A stretch of 64,000 nt of DNA from Cenarchaeum sp. (GCA_965212015.1 OZ243037.1:1472001-1536000); one strand, 5' to 3'; counted from the stretch's first letter, positions 51,507 through 61,895 are shown. Notes: a model not told the origin generated them from the letters alone. Numbers and translations: made by a program.

Positions 51507-52304
51507 ATGTCAATCAAATTGAAGGAAAAAAACACAGTTGTGGGCCTAGGAGAGATTGGCAGGCCCATTTTAAAGCTTCTATCTTCCGGGCATATCGCGG
51601 TAGGGTACGACCAGAATGCAAAACTGATGGATGAGAAACCATACAAGAAATATGAGAAAAATCCGACCTCGTTTTTGCACATATGCATTCCGTTTGATGG
51701 GAATTTTATAAAAAACATAAACTCGCTTTACAAAAAATTCCGACCAAAGTGCATTATAATTCACAGTACCGTCAGTCCAGAGACCACCAAAAAACTGCAA
51801 AAAAAACTTGACGTTCCGATCATTTACAGCGCAACCAGGGGGGTCCATGCGCGCATGCTCGACGATCTCAAAAGATATGTAAAGTTTTTCGCCCTGGAAG
51901 CGGATGCCCCGAAAAAAAAGTGGGCAGCTACTACATACAAAAAATTAATGAACCAGTGCGGAATAAAAACAAAACAAATGTCAAGTCCGGTCACACTCGA
52001 GCTGGCAAAAATAGTCTGCGATACATCATATTACGGATGGCTGATAAGCTATGCGCAGTTGAGCAACACGATTGCCATAAAACATGGCGTAAACTATGAC
52101 GAAATGTGGTCGTTTTCAGACGAAATCCACAAGTTTCTTGGCAATCGGCCAAAAATGCATCCTGGCTTTATTGGCGGACATTGCGTTATTCCAAACCTTT
52201 CACTGATACGCGATCAAACTTTGGCTCTGATTGCCAGTATGAATATGACATATGCTAAAAAACAAGCGCGTACTAGAAAAAAAGCCGTTAAACACAAAAA
52301 ATAA
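51507..52304 (+). CDS. short nucleotide-sugar dehydrogenase-like protein
   Basis: GLGEIG, HSTVSP, RGVH, ELAK, GFIGGHCVIPN. Confidence 0.85.
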   Translation: MSIKLKEKNTVVGLGEIGRPILKLLSSGHIAVGYDQNAKLMDEKPYKKYEKNPTSFLHICIPFDGNFIKNINSLYKKFRPKCIIIHSTVSPETTKKLQKKLDVPIIYSATRGVHARMLDDLKRYVKFFALEADAPKKKWAATTYKKLMNQCGIKTKQMSSPVTLELAKIVCDTSYYGWLISYAQLSNTIAIKHGVNYDEMWSFSDEIHKFLGNRPKMHPGFIGGHCVIPNLSLIRDQTLALIASMNMTYAKKQARTRKKAVKHKK

Positions 52305-52500
52305 TCTTGTTTTGTGCAAGCTTTACGATCAAAGTGATAGCTCCTTACAAACAGACAAAGTCATGTAGCAGGGATACAAAAAACACAAACTGTTGGCGTG
52401 TCTATGCATAATTGCGATTGTCCGCGGTACAAAACAATTTCTATGATCAACTTTTGGCTCAAATCATCTGTATATTTGCGCATGAGAGAAATTCAAATCC

Positions 52501-53265
52501 TCATAGTTTGCCCTTTTGTATCATTCCAAGCATCTCCCTTCCCGTGCAAAACACCGCGCCGCGCGACTCGAGGTGTCTTATCACATCACCGTACATGCGT
52601 CCGCCCTTCATCCGTAGCACGTTGTCGTGCCAGATTATGCTCATCATCCGGTCGTCTTTCTCCAGTATGCGATCAAAATAGGACAGCATGTTGGACTCGT
52701 CCACGCCGTGGTGCCTGTACATGAACACGTCTGCTACAGTTATCGGAAACTGTACAATGTTCTTTTTGATATACCCGTAATTCTCGGCTATAATGTCTGA
52801 CCTTGAGGGCATTATGGACGAGTCGTATAAAATCCCGAGCCGCGCAAGCTTGTCCAGCATGGCCTCGTCATAGTTCAGATAGTGGACGCGGTTGCCGATT
52901 ATCCTGTTTTTGGCCATACCGGAAAGATCGTCGTACTCTTTTTTGATCTTCTCCATGTCGTGTATGGAGCCCGGATCCAGGTGCAGGCCGATCTCCCAGC
53001 CGGAGGACTCTAGTTCGTTTATCCGGGTTTTGTACTCTGTGAGATCCCCGCCCTCATATACGGTCCTGAAAAAGAACGTGGAACGGCACCCGTGTTTTTC
53101 CTCAATGTCCATAATCTGCTCAAAATTATCGTACGGATTTGTGGAATCGATATTGTCTATTACCGACTGCTCAAACCGCTCGCGTATGTCCAGTATGTGC
53201 TGTTTTGGGGGGCCGGCAAGCCTCCAGTCCACGTCATGGCTTAAAAACACGTACCTTTCCAACAT
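52501..53265 (-). CDS. polysaccharide deacetylase (CE4-like)
   Basis: LSHDVD, STFF, EIGLH, GNRVHYL, YDSS, WH. Confidence 0.88.
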   Translation of the reverse strand: MLERYVFLSHDVDWRLAGPPKQHILDIRERFEQSVIDNIDSTNPYDNFEQIMDIEEKHGCRSTFFFRTVYEGGDLTEYKTRINELESSGWEIGLHLDPGSIHDMEKIKKEYDDLSGMAKNRIIGNRVHYLNYDEAMLDKLARLGILYDSSIMPSRSDIIAENYGYIKKNIVQFPITVADVFMYRHHGVDESNMLSYFDRILEKDDRMMSIIWHDNVLRMKGGRMYGDVIRHLESRGAVFCTGREMLGMIQKGKL

Positions 53266-53299
53266 GTAAGAATGTCAAACACGGGAATTAAAGACTTGC

Positions 53300-53857
53300 C
53301 TATTGGTTCAGCCGCTTCCAGGATATAATGCTGGAGCCTTGGGTATCCTGCGGGCCAAGCGTCCTCGTCTTGTATCCGAGACCCTCCAGAAAATCCGGAT
53401 ATACTGGACTGGCCTGAATGTCGTTCTTGTTGTTGTTGTACGAGGTATGGACATCCGGATACCTGCCAAACGGCACGCCGAGGACTATTAGGTGTTCGGC
53501 CGTCTTTTCAAGCTTGGAGATCGTAGGTATAATATCCTCCCTGGGCAGGCAATCGATGCCGTGCCAGTAAAACACTGTATCAAACCTGCCCAGATTCAGC
53601 CCGTCCACGTTTCGTACGTCCCCCTGCATGACGGATATGTCCGTACCGGACAGCTTTTCCTTGAGAAATTCCACGTTTTTGTCAAATATCTCGAGGATTG
53701 TAATGCGGTACGAGTTTTCCTTAAACGAATCCAAAAGGTGCTGCCGCCTCGTGTTTGCGCCCACATACAAGACGCTCTTGAATCGCGTAGTAAAGAGATC
53801 CGGAATGCATTCCCGGAGAGTGCGCTCCCTCTCCTGTTTGATTGGATCGGTTGCCAT
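53300..53857 (-). CDS. class I SAM-dependent methyltransferase-like protein
   Basis: VLYVGA, LEIF, GDVR, FD motifs. Confidence 0.75.
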   Translation of the reverse strand: MATDPIKQERERTLRECIPDLFTTRFKSVLYVGANTRRQHLLDSFKENSYRITILEIFDKNVEFLKEKLSGTDISVMQGDVRNVDGLNLGRFDTVFYWHGIDCLPREDIIPTISKLEKTAEHLIVLGVPFGRYPDVHTSYNNNKNDIQASPVYPDFLEGLGYKTRTLGPQDTQGSSIISWKRLNQ

Positions 53858-54033
53858 GTATATGAGTCACAGAATCCGGCATTATAAACACTACCCGGGG
53901 ATCAAACGGGTTTGGATATGTGGCCTGAGATGCCGCATGGCAGTATACGGATTCGAATTATTGCGCGCGACCGTAATGCTGTAAAGTTATCTCAGATACT
54001 ATAGTATGTTGTGGACTGGCTAAAAACTGCACA

Positions 54034-54174
54034 TCAATCCACCGCTTCGTTCAGTTCCTTGATGAATTCCTCGGCACTGGTCGTCTTGTGCTCTTCCGGA
54101 TGGGCATAAAACTCTAAAATAGCTGCAATCTCTTCCTCTGAGAGCGGAGGCGAATCAGTCTGTGTGTCAGGCAT
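54034..54174 (-). CDS. small acidic protein (antitoxin-like), 46 aa
   Basis: Manual translation MPDTQTDSPPLSEEEIAAILEFYAHPEEHKTTSAEEFIKELNEAVD; TTTTTAAG ~25 bp upstream. Confidence 0.5.
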   Translation of the reverse strand: MPDTQTDSPPLSEEEIAAILEFYAHPEEHKTTSAEEFIKELNEAVD

Positions 54175-54207
54175 GTATTTTTGGATCATATACGGCCTTA
54201 AAAACAT

Positions 54208-54537
54208 TCATTTGCTAGTCCAGCATGGAAATTTATTGGTTTTTTTGCACTTGCCGGTAAATTTTACGTTTTTTATCCAGATAACCTGACCGGGTAATCC
54301 TTTGTATTTTTTTGGCGTCTTGAATTTTTTGTATGATTTTATGTGCCAGCCGTGTTTGTATCCGAGTTTCCCCTTGCAGATCCTGTCAAATATTACGGTG
54401 CCGTATGCGCAGCCGCGCTTTGCAAGTATTATTTCCACATTCAGCTTTCTGCACTTGAAATTCCTATACTCGTATTTCTTTTTGCCGGTAAGCATCTGTT
54501 CGATGAACTCTTCCTTGACGAGTAGGCCAGGTGTCAT
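54208..54537 (-). CDS. ASCH domain protein
   Basis: L.VK..F...MLTGKKKYEYR (GxKxxExR); basic protein. Confidence 0.75.
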   Translation of the reverse strand: MTPGLLVKEEFIEQMLTGKKKYEYRNFKCRKLNVEIILAKRGCAYGTVIFDRICKGKLGYKHGWHIKSYKKFKTPKKYKGLPGQVIWIKNVKFTGKCKKTNKFPCWTSK

Positions 54538-54869
54538 GATGTTTGTAATGCCTGTATGTATAAAAGCATGATCTAAACCAGCATTTAAAAGCAATTTTGC
54601 CTATTGACTATTTTAGATAGAAAGCACGGATCAAGGCACGCCATGAACAAAATAGCGCATGTAAAAGCTGTTTTTTGTCCCCGTCGATGGTCTGTGACTC
54701 TGCGGGTCTCCAATGGTGCTAAAGATGGCCATATACAACAGGATGGTGCTGGCTGCATGACATCATGGATTGGACTACTTTGGCACGGGTTGGAGGATCA
54801 CGTTATGTGGTAAGGGAGTTGTGACACAGAGCAGATCTAACTTCAAAAACCTAGACGGATACCGATGTT

Positions 54870-56315
54870 TTAATGTCTGAATTTCCTCTCTAATCGTCGT
54901 TTTAATGCTACAAAAAGACTACCCATAATTGGCAACAATGTAATTCTTAGAATAAAATCAATTTCTGATTTTTGAATTTCTTTGTTAAAATCATAAAATG
55001 GGAAAAAACCATTTAAGCTTCTTAATAATGAATTAACAAATGAATTCCAAGATAATTCAATTTTTGTATCATCAAATATGAAATTATTTCCACACCAAAA
55101 ATATATAGTAGAACTCAAAATTATTGGGAAAATAATATAAATTGGTCTTTTGATTGATTCACCATATTGAGCAATTATATTATACAACCAAAGAATAGAA
55201 AAATGTTTTTTAAAATTATGTTTTTTGATAGTAAATGCTTTATTTTCATGTTGAATTGTTTTATATTTTCTCCTTAATTCCATTTCTCTAATAAAAAATT
55301 CTCCAGAAATATCATATCTCATCTGTTGATCAAAATTCTCAATTAATTGTCTATAGATATCTTTGACACTTTCCAACAATATGGGCGATTCCTTTTTTTT
55401 CTCAAGTTCACGTTCATCTAAAATTTTATATTGAAAATTTTTATGACCTATTGACTCATAAATCTTCAATTTTAATTTATTAGATCGTGATTTTTCAATA
55501 TTTGATTCTTTCCATGATATTTTATTTCCAAATTTGATCTTATTAATTTTAGTTTCTAAAAATGAAATTTGTGAAATATTTCCATTAAAGTTTGTTTGAT
55601 TATTGTTTGAAAAGCTGGTATTTTCAAATTTTGTTTTTTTATTAAACTTAGCATCTTCAAAATTTGCTTGATAAGCAAATAGACTATCTTTAAAATTTGT
55701 AATCGAATTAAACTGTGAGCGAATAAAAATTGCATTCTGCTTAAAATTTGTTTTCCAAAATGATGTTTCTTTACCTCCAAAATTAGCTGAAGTAAAATCT
55801 ATTTCATCAAAATATACATTACTAAAATTAGTATTTTTAAATTTACAATCTTTAAAATTAGCTGGTTTTTCAAATTTGCAAAATCGGAAATTTATTTGTT
55901 CATTATTTGTTGCATTAGAAAAATTAACTGTTTTATGAAATTTAGCAGCAAGAAAATCCGCTCCTTTTTTGAATCTTACATTTGCAAAAGAAATATGATG
56001 ATTAAATTCCATATTTGATAAATTTAATTTATCAACAAATGTAGTTTTGTCAAAATAGATAGGTACTATGTTCAATTTTGGATTGTCAAAAATCAAATTT
56101 GGGAGATAATATCCTATACATTCTATTCTAAAGCCGGAATTATACAATTTTCGAAAAAATTCTTTTCTAATTATTTCAGAGTTATTTTTATTTTTCAAAA
56201 AACCTTTATCATGAAAAATACAAGTTTTTTTTTCAGCTTGTGCATTTTCAGTACAATGATAATATCTAGGTCCATCACTGTCCAAATATTCATCAGAATA
56301 GATACATTTTTCCAA
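54870..56315 (-). CDS. pentapeptide-repeat protein with C-terminal membrane domain
   Basis: Many (A/T)xF.. repeats; FFIREME, YGES..RP, TM helices. Confidence 0.85.
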   Translation of the reverse strand: MEKCIYSDEYLDSDGPRYYHCTENAQAEKKTCIFHDKGFLKNKNNSEIIRKEFFRKLYNSGFRIECIGYYLPNLIFDNPKLNIVPIYFDKTTFVDKLNLSNMEFNHHISFANVRFKKGADFLAAKFHKTVNFSNATNNEQINFRFCKFEKPANFKDCKFKNTNFSNVYFDEIDFTSANFGGKETSFWKTNFKQNAIFIRSQFNSITNFKDSLFAYQANFEDAKFNKKTKFENTSFSNNNQTNFNGNISQISFLETKINKIKFGNKISWKESNIEKSRSNKLKLKIYESIGHKNFQYKILDERELEKKKESPILLESVKDIYRQLIENFDQQMRYDISGEFFIREMELRRKYKTIQHENKAFTIKKHNFKKHFSILWLYNIIAQYGESIKRPIYIIFPIILSSTIYFWCGNNFIFDDTKIELSWNSFVNSLLRSLNGFFPFYDFNKEIQKSEIDFILRITLLPIMGSLFVALKRRLERKFRH

Positions 56316-56504
56316 TGATTGGATCTGAAATCCATATTATTAGTGCTTATCTATGGTTATAGCCATAATACAAGTATGTCACCACATGCATGCCATATTA
56401 TTCAGATATTTAAGTGTGATTTTGACCAAATTTCCAAAAATAGTCGATTTTCTTAGTGCAGAAATAAGATAAGTTTATTGAGGCAAAGAATAATTCAGTA
56501 TAGT

Positions 56505-57719
56505 ATGACAAAAGAACTGGAATCCATCATTAATGCAGCAAGAGAGGATTTTGAGAACAAAAGATTGGTTGCTTTCATAGGTGAAAGACATTCTGGAAAA
56601 ACCGTCATTTCAGCATTACTAAAACATGCATTAGTGAATCATTTTGTTAAAAATGAGGAAAATTGGAATGCTTGGGTCATTCAGGGTAGTGACAGAATAA
56701 ATGAAATTTTAGACAAATTAAATCATGAAGAATTTCCAGCCTCAACTTTACCTGGAGACGCTAAACCAATCACAATGGAAATTTTTAGTGGAATGGGAAC
56801 TGGTGGTGGAATTGAAATTACATTACAAGATATGGCAGGAGAATCAAGAGATGAATTGTTACGAAATGAATTTACAAATGAAGAGAACAGATTAAAAGAG
56901 ATCATGACGGCAAATCCAATAGAAGGAAGACGATATGGAATATTATCATATTTACCATTTACAAGTATTTATGTCATAATTGTAGACTGTTCAAAATATA
57001 AAAATTGGAATCAAGAGCAATCATACTTGGCTGCAACTATGAACAATTTGTTAAAAATAAAAAAAGCCGTAGGCACAGACTTTAAAGGAAAAATAATGGA
57101 TCCCATAGCAATTATTTTTTCAAAATATGATCAGTTATCACAAGAAGATCAAGATACGGCTGAAAACCTACTAAAAAAATTACCGGAATTCACAACTGCA
57201 TTAAACATTGCACATAGAGGAGAATTAAAATTATTTTTAAGTCAAATTAAATCTGTTAAGCGAACTGAAGATGAATTAGCAATATTAGTTAGTCAAGAAA
57301 TTCAAAGAAAAAATACAAAATTAGACAATTTAAATAAGATTATTAAAAGTTTAGAAATGATAATAAAAGATAAAGATCAAGAATTAGAAGAAATAGTACA
57401 AGAATTAGAAGAAATAGAGCAAAAATTAGAAGAAGCTAAACCACAAAATAATCCTGCCGAGATTGAACAAATCACTCAAGAATTAAATGAAAAAAAAGAT
57501 CTGATAAATCAAATGGAATCTGAACGTATAGAAATAATTAAAGATATACATAATTCCAAGGCAAATAAATCAGAGATCGAAAAAAAATTAAATGAAAACA
57601 AGCCTAGTGCAAAGGAAATAGGAATAAGTGAATTCAAACCATCATCATCGCCCCTAGAATACAATATTGAAGAATATCTAGGCTTTATTAGTTGGATTAT
57701 TGAAATGAGTAAAGAGTGA
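56505..57719 (+). CDS. TRAFAC-class GTPase with a long coiled-coil insertion
   Basis: G1 GERHSGKT, G2 STL, G3 DMAGE, G4 SKYD; coiled coil before the terminal helix (FISWII). Confidence 0.82.
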   Translation: MTKELESIINAAREDFENKRLVAFIGERHSGKTVISALLKHALVNHFVKNEENWNAWVIQGSDRINEILDKLNHEEFPASTLPGDAKPITMEIFSGMGTGGGIEITLQDMAGESRDELLRNEFTNEENRLKEIMTANPIEGRRYGILSYLPFTSIYVIIVDCSKYKNWNQEQSYLAATMNNLLKIKKAVGTDFKGKIMDPIAIIFSKYDQLSQEDQDTAENLLKKLPEFTTALNIAHRGELKLFLSQIKSVKRTEDELAILVSQEIQRKNTKLDNLNKIIKSLEMIIKDKDQELEEIVQELEEIEQKLEEAKPQNNPAEIEQITQELNEKKDLINQMESERIEIIKDIHNSKANKSEIEKKLNENKPSAKEIGISEFKPSSSPLEYNIEEYLGFISWIIEMSKE

Positions 57720-57722
57720 CAA

Positions 57723-59528
57723 ATGGCATTATGTGAACATTTTATCTACACGGCAGGGATCATAGATAATCAAAGTGGTTATCAAATCATCTCAAAATCT
57801 TCAGGCATAAATAATAAAATAATTTCTGAACTAGATAATTATCTCTATCCCTTGGGAGTAAATCTAAGTGAATTTTTGATGTCCAAATCATTATTGGTTT
57901 TAAATGAACATGTTGTTTTCACAAAAATTCGAAATGTAGGCATAGGGTTTGATGGGAGACCAGATACACTCTATAGCCATACGATTATAATGAAAAAGAA
58001 GGATTTTAAAAAATTTAGCAATGATTCTAGAATTTTTGATGATGAGTATGTAGAGGAGACACAGCCAATTCGTATGTCATCAATTTTAATTAAAGAAAAG
58101 AAATTATTGCCTGATTTTACATGTGTCGACGAATTAGGAATATCCACAATAGAAAAAATTTTTAGAGGGTTATTAGATAAGAAAAAAATATTATTAATAG
58201 ATAATGATTCTTCAGAATTAATTCAAAGCATATTGTCTTTGATGCCTTCCTCAATGAAAATTGTATCCTATTCAACGAATGTTGCTGAACCAAAGAGGCA
58301 ATCAAAATATAATATGATACAAATTAAAAAGAAAAATCTAATAAAATTTCCTAATAGTGTTAAAATAGATAAAAAAATGGATTTAAAAAAGATTGAAAAA
58401 AATGATTCATTACTAAATTTTTGTATTAAATATATTCTAGACATAATAGATTTAAAAGAATCAAAAAAATTAATAGAGATTAATCATCGTATTGAATCCA
58501 TAATGGGAACCATTACCGAAAAAATTATTTTAGGAACAAGTTTATTAATTATAATAGAAAAATCACAAAAATTCCCAAAACAACACATATTGGGATTGAA
58601 AAAAATGTTGCGAGAAATATCGGTTAAACAAAATGAAATTATTAATGAATTTGACCATAAACTAGATGAACTACTCATTAAACAAAAATCAGGAGAGTTT
58701 GAAATAGAAAACATAATTTCAAAATTCAACGATAAAAAATTAAATATCACAATTCTTGGAAAAATGTTCGGAGAATTAACAGGAGACAATACAGGTTTAC
58801 GTAATTCACTTTTTCATCATCTAGTAAAAAAGAGAATATTTGATTTTGAAGAAAATGGACAGGACATATTATTAGAATCAATTAATAGATATTATAATAA
58901 CGAGATCATACGTGGATTTGTAGAAGAATCTGAATTACATTTTGCATTCAAAAAAATTTTTCAGAATAATGAAATAAACGAATATCAAAAAATCAATTTA
59001 TTTTCCAAGGCAATTAAAAATGCATTATGTTTCAATATGGAATTTCTTGAAAATCTATTCAAATTTAATGTATACGATTTAAAAAATTATGATCACATAA
59101 TACAATTTAATAAAGATATCAAATGGGTGTTTAATTCAAAAGAATTTTATCAAAATTTTAATTCAACAAAAATCTTGAAAATACTAATAAATATCCAAGA
59201 GAAAGTTATTCCATTGTTTCCTAAAAATATAAAAACTGAAACTAATGATCCAAAATTTTGCCAGATGGAAGAAATTCTGAACATCTTACTCAATACTGCA
59301 CGATATATGTTGACTAGAAAAAAATATTCCTTAGGTTCTAGCAAAAATGATATCATATTATTTGAAAATATTCTTTCTGAATTTCTATCTAAAAATTCCT
59401 TACAAAATACAAAATATGATTTACTTAATCCCGATTTGACATGTAGAGTTTCTTCAATTTTCAGTTGGATGTTGTTCTTATGTTTGCCTTATAGATGTAA
59501 TAATTGTATAACATTAGATCAGTCTTGA
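57723..59528 (+). CDS. GTPase-associated protein, GAP1-N/DENN-like N-terminus plus helical C-terminus
   Basis: HFIYT...GYQIISKSSGI...DGRPDTLYSHTII; starts 3 bp after the GTPase stop. Confidence 0.7.
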   Translation: MALCEHFIYTAGIIDNQSGYQIISKSSGINNKIISELDNYLYPLGVNLSEFLMSKSLLVLNEHVVFTKIRNVGIGFDGRPDTLYSHTIIMKKKDFKKFSNDSRIFDDEYVEETQPIRMSSILIKEKKLLPDFTCVDELGISTIEKIFRGLLDKKKILLIDNDSSELIQSILSLMPSSMKIVSYSTNVAEPKRQSKYNMIQIKKKNLIKFPNSVKIDKKMDLKKIEKNDSLLNFCIKYILDIIDLKESKKLIEINHRIESIMGTITEKIILGTSLLIIIEKSQKFPKQHILGLKKMLREISVKQNEIINEFDHKLDELLIKQKSGEFEIENIISKFNDKKLNITILGKMFGELTGDNTGLRNSLFHHLVKKRIFDFEENGQDILLESINRYYNNEIIRGFVEESELHFAFKKIFQNNEINEYQKINLFSKAIKNALCFNMEFLENLFKFNVYDLKNYDHIIQFNKDIKWVFNSKEFYQNFNSTKILKILINIQEKVIPLFPKNIKTETNDPKFCQMEEILNILLNTARYMLTRKKYSLGSSKNDIILFENILSEFLSKNSLQNTKYDLLNPDLTCRVSSIFSWMLFLCLPYRCNNCITLDQS

Positions 59529-59560
59529 TTAGAAAATATCCTTGATGCAAAAACACACCT

Positions 59561-59738
59561 ATAGTCAAACGCATAAATAATTTGAAACTGGCATAACTCT
59601 CATGAAATATTTCATCACATCTAACGAATACTTCTTTGTCCTGAAATACTCACACAGTGAATATTTCATCTCGTCAAATGTACGGTAATATTCAGACACC
59701 ATCAAGTCATGTTTTGCCCGTCTCCACCATTCCTCCAT
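59561..59738 (-). pseudogene. C-terminal remnant of an IS630-type transposase with IS end
   Basis: EEWWRRAKHDLMVSEYYRTFDEMKYSLCEYFR aligns with EECWRQAKYELVHSEYYDTEEKMWDILSEYFR of the 47-kb IS630. Confidence 0.85.
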
Positions 59739-59888
59739 TAGTTGCTATGCGTATTGACAATACCCACAAATTTTTTCAACCAACAGGTTTAGATCAAGCA
59801 TGATCGTCGCATTTGCTTGATGTCTAAATCTGAGATCAGGCAAATACACGAATTACAGCAGGCAATCAAGAAAAAAGACCAGATAATC

Positions 59889-61024
59889 GAGCCTTGGGCA
59901 TAATTTTCACCAAAAAAACCACGGAATTGACTCAACAGTACAGCATTTGCCTTACCAATTTTGGCCTAGGGACCTTGTAATGCAGTTATGGTACACCATC
60001 ATCTGATACACCAGCACACAGCTCAGCATAAATGATCAGGATTTCTCAAACCCTCTTACCGGCGATTGATTGATCCCAAACGTTTCCTTTAATGTGCCAA
60101 ACAGCGGCTCGATCGATATCTTTCTGTCGCCGTATATGCGCTGCCCTTTTTTGGAGCGGTAAAACCGCACCAGTTTTAATCTTGCGGGAGTGGTCAGGCG
60201 GAATTTCCTTACGGGACACACCAGCCTCATCCTGCATTTTTTTGTATATTCGTACAGCTTGTGATCATCGTATTCTGGATCGCACAAAACGTACTGGAAT
60301 AATCCTGCAAACGGGTTCACCAGATCGCAATATTGTGAATTATCCGCCGCATTTGCCGGGGTAAAACTCGCATACAGGGGAACGGCGATCCTTCCGGTGG
60401 AGCAGCTCATATGCAGCTTGAATCCGTATACCCACCTTTTGTAATTGGAGTATCCCCAACGTGCATCAGTGTCGATTCTAAAGATCGGAATCCGATTTTG
60501 CTTCCTGTCGGATTGATTCCATACGGAACCGAGGGATCGTATCAGGGAAGAGTCTACAGATGCAGAGACGATATCTACCAGTCCTTTCGATACAAAGACC
60601 CGTCCCATCTTTGAGATGAATTGTTCTATTGGAATCACGTGAAATCTCCTGTCAAGTGTTCTTCTGTCTGGAACGGTAGAGCCTGCACATCTGTAGCAGT
60701 CGATTGTCTGGTGCCTGGTGTGACAGAAAATAATGCAGCGTATTGTTGCTTGGAATTCCCTTCCACGTTTTTATGATTAACAGCTGCAGCATCAGGATCG
60801 TGGGATAGATGTACGGCCTGCCACGTCTCACCGCATCCTCGTACAGACGCATCGTTCCCACTAAATACAAAACAACAATAAGAGGCGACCGTGTTAGAAT
60901 GTTGCTGGGGATCTTTGTCTTTTTCATCGTACAATGAACAAAGAATCACAGGGATCCTTGGCTCTTTTTATCGAAAAAAACTTGTGAATTGGTCAAAAAT
61001 TAGGCACAATTATGCCCAAGGCTC
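59889..61024 (-). mobile_element. DDE insertion sequence (IS5/IS982-like) with frameshifted transposase
   Basis: 17-bp perfect TIRs GAGCCTTGGGCATAATT / AATTATGCCCAAGGCTC; VDSS, DARWG..YGFKLH, IEPLFG motifs across ORFs 60652..60927 and 60036..60638. Confidence 0.88.
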
Positions 61025-61210
61025 AATTACTTTGTGTTTGTAAACACAAAGTCACACCTTGCTGAGACCATATTTGATATCATTAAACGCATGAACGCGG
61101 TAATGTTCGGCATACTCCTCGTTTTTGCATTCAAAATCATTATCTAGTGAATCAGTTGGCATGAGCTGAATTATATCAACATCATTATAGTCGATAATCT
61201 TCATATTCAT
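61025..61210 (-). pseudogene. N-terminal fragment of a GNAT (TacT-like) toxin
   Basis: L...DSLDNDFECKNEEYAEHYRVHAFND...LSKV resembles the FDCG..LN.YL...A motif; TGA at 61052-61054, then the IS. Confidence 0.5.
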
Positions 61211-61224
61211 AAAAATATAACGCG

Positions 61225-61365
61225 TTACCGCTCTTTTATCCTGTTGGCTATTTTTAGTGATTTTTTAATGGCACGTATGGATTCGCTAGTTGGACCGGCC
61301 TCCAAGCTCTCGATTACCTGCTTCCACTGTTTGTCGCTTAATGGCTTTACCTCTCTTAATCCCAT
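61225..61365 (-). CDS. small antitoxin-like protein (similar to the DUF1778/TacA C-terminus), 46 aa
   Basis: MGLREVKPLSDKQWKQVIESLEAGPTSESIRAIKK... Confidence 0.5.
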   Translation of the reverse strand: MGLREVKPLSDKQWKQVIESLEAGPTSESIRAIKKSLKIANRIKER

Positions 61366-61508
61366 ACTACATTCTACAAAGAAATAATATATGAAGTTGC
61401 CGCCTAATTCTATTTAAACAAACTCGAGGCACAACATGTCTGAATTTTGATCTGTTACCGATTTTTTCAGACTCGGATTTTTTTTCACTCAATATGGGCA
61501 CGAGAGAT

Positions 61509-61895
61509 TTATGATCTAAATAATTTTGTGACCCTGCCAGAATTGTCCATTAATTCCATTTTTCGACGTAGGGCCATAAACATATATGTTACTTTGTCCT
61601 TGTTTACAAAACTGACGAGTACGGAATTATTATTCCCATAGGTATTTTTGATATATTCGTGCAGGTGATATGGATTCTTGTCTGCACGGCAAACTTTTTT
61701 CTTGTATATTGCCACGCACATGTCGGGGTATTTTTTTCGCAACTTGTCATAGTTTCTTGTAAGCCATCCCAGATTTTCACAAAAATCTGCAAAATCCTTT
61801 TTGCGCTTTGCATCATGTACCGAAAACAACCTTTTGGCCCTCATGGAATCCGGGGATGACGCATACTTTGATAGTGAAATGATCTTTCCGGACAT
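61509..61895 (-). CDS. DUF5678-like protein
   Basis: N..WL..NYDKLRKKYP..CVAI...KV...DK motif. Confidence 0.7.
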   Translation of the reverse strand: MSGKIISLSKYASSPDSMRAKRLFSVHDAKRKKDFADFCENLGWLTRNYDKLRKKYPDMCVAIYKKKVCRADKNPYHLHEYIKNTYGNNNSVLVSFVNKDKVTYMFMALRRKMELMDNSGRVTKLFRS

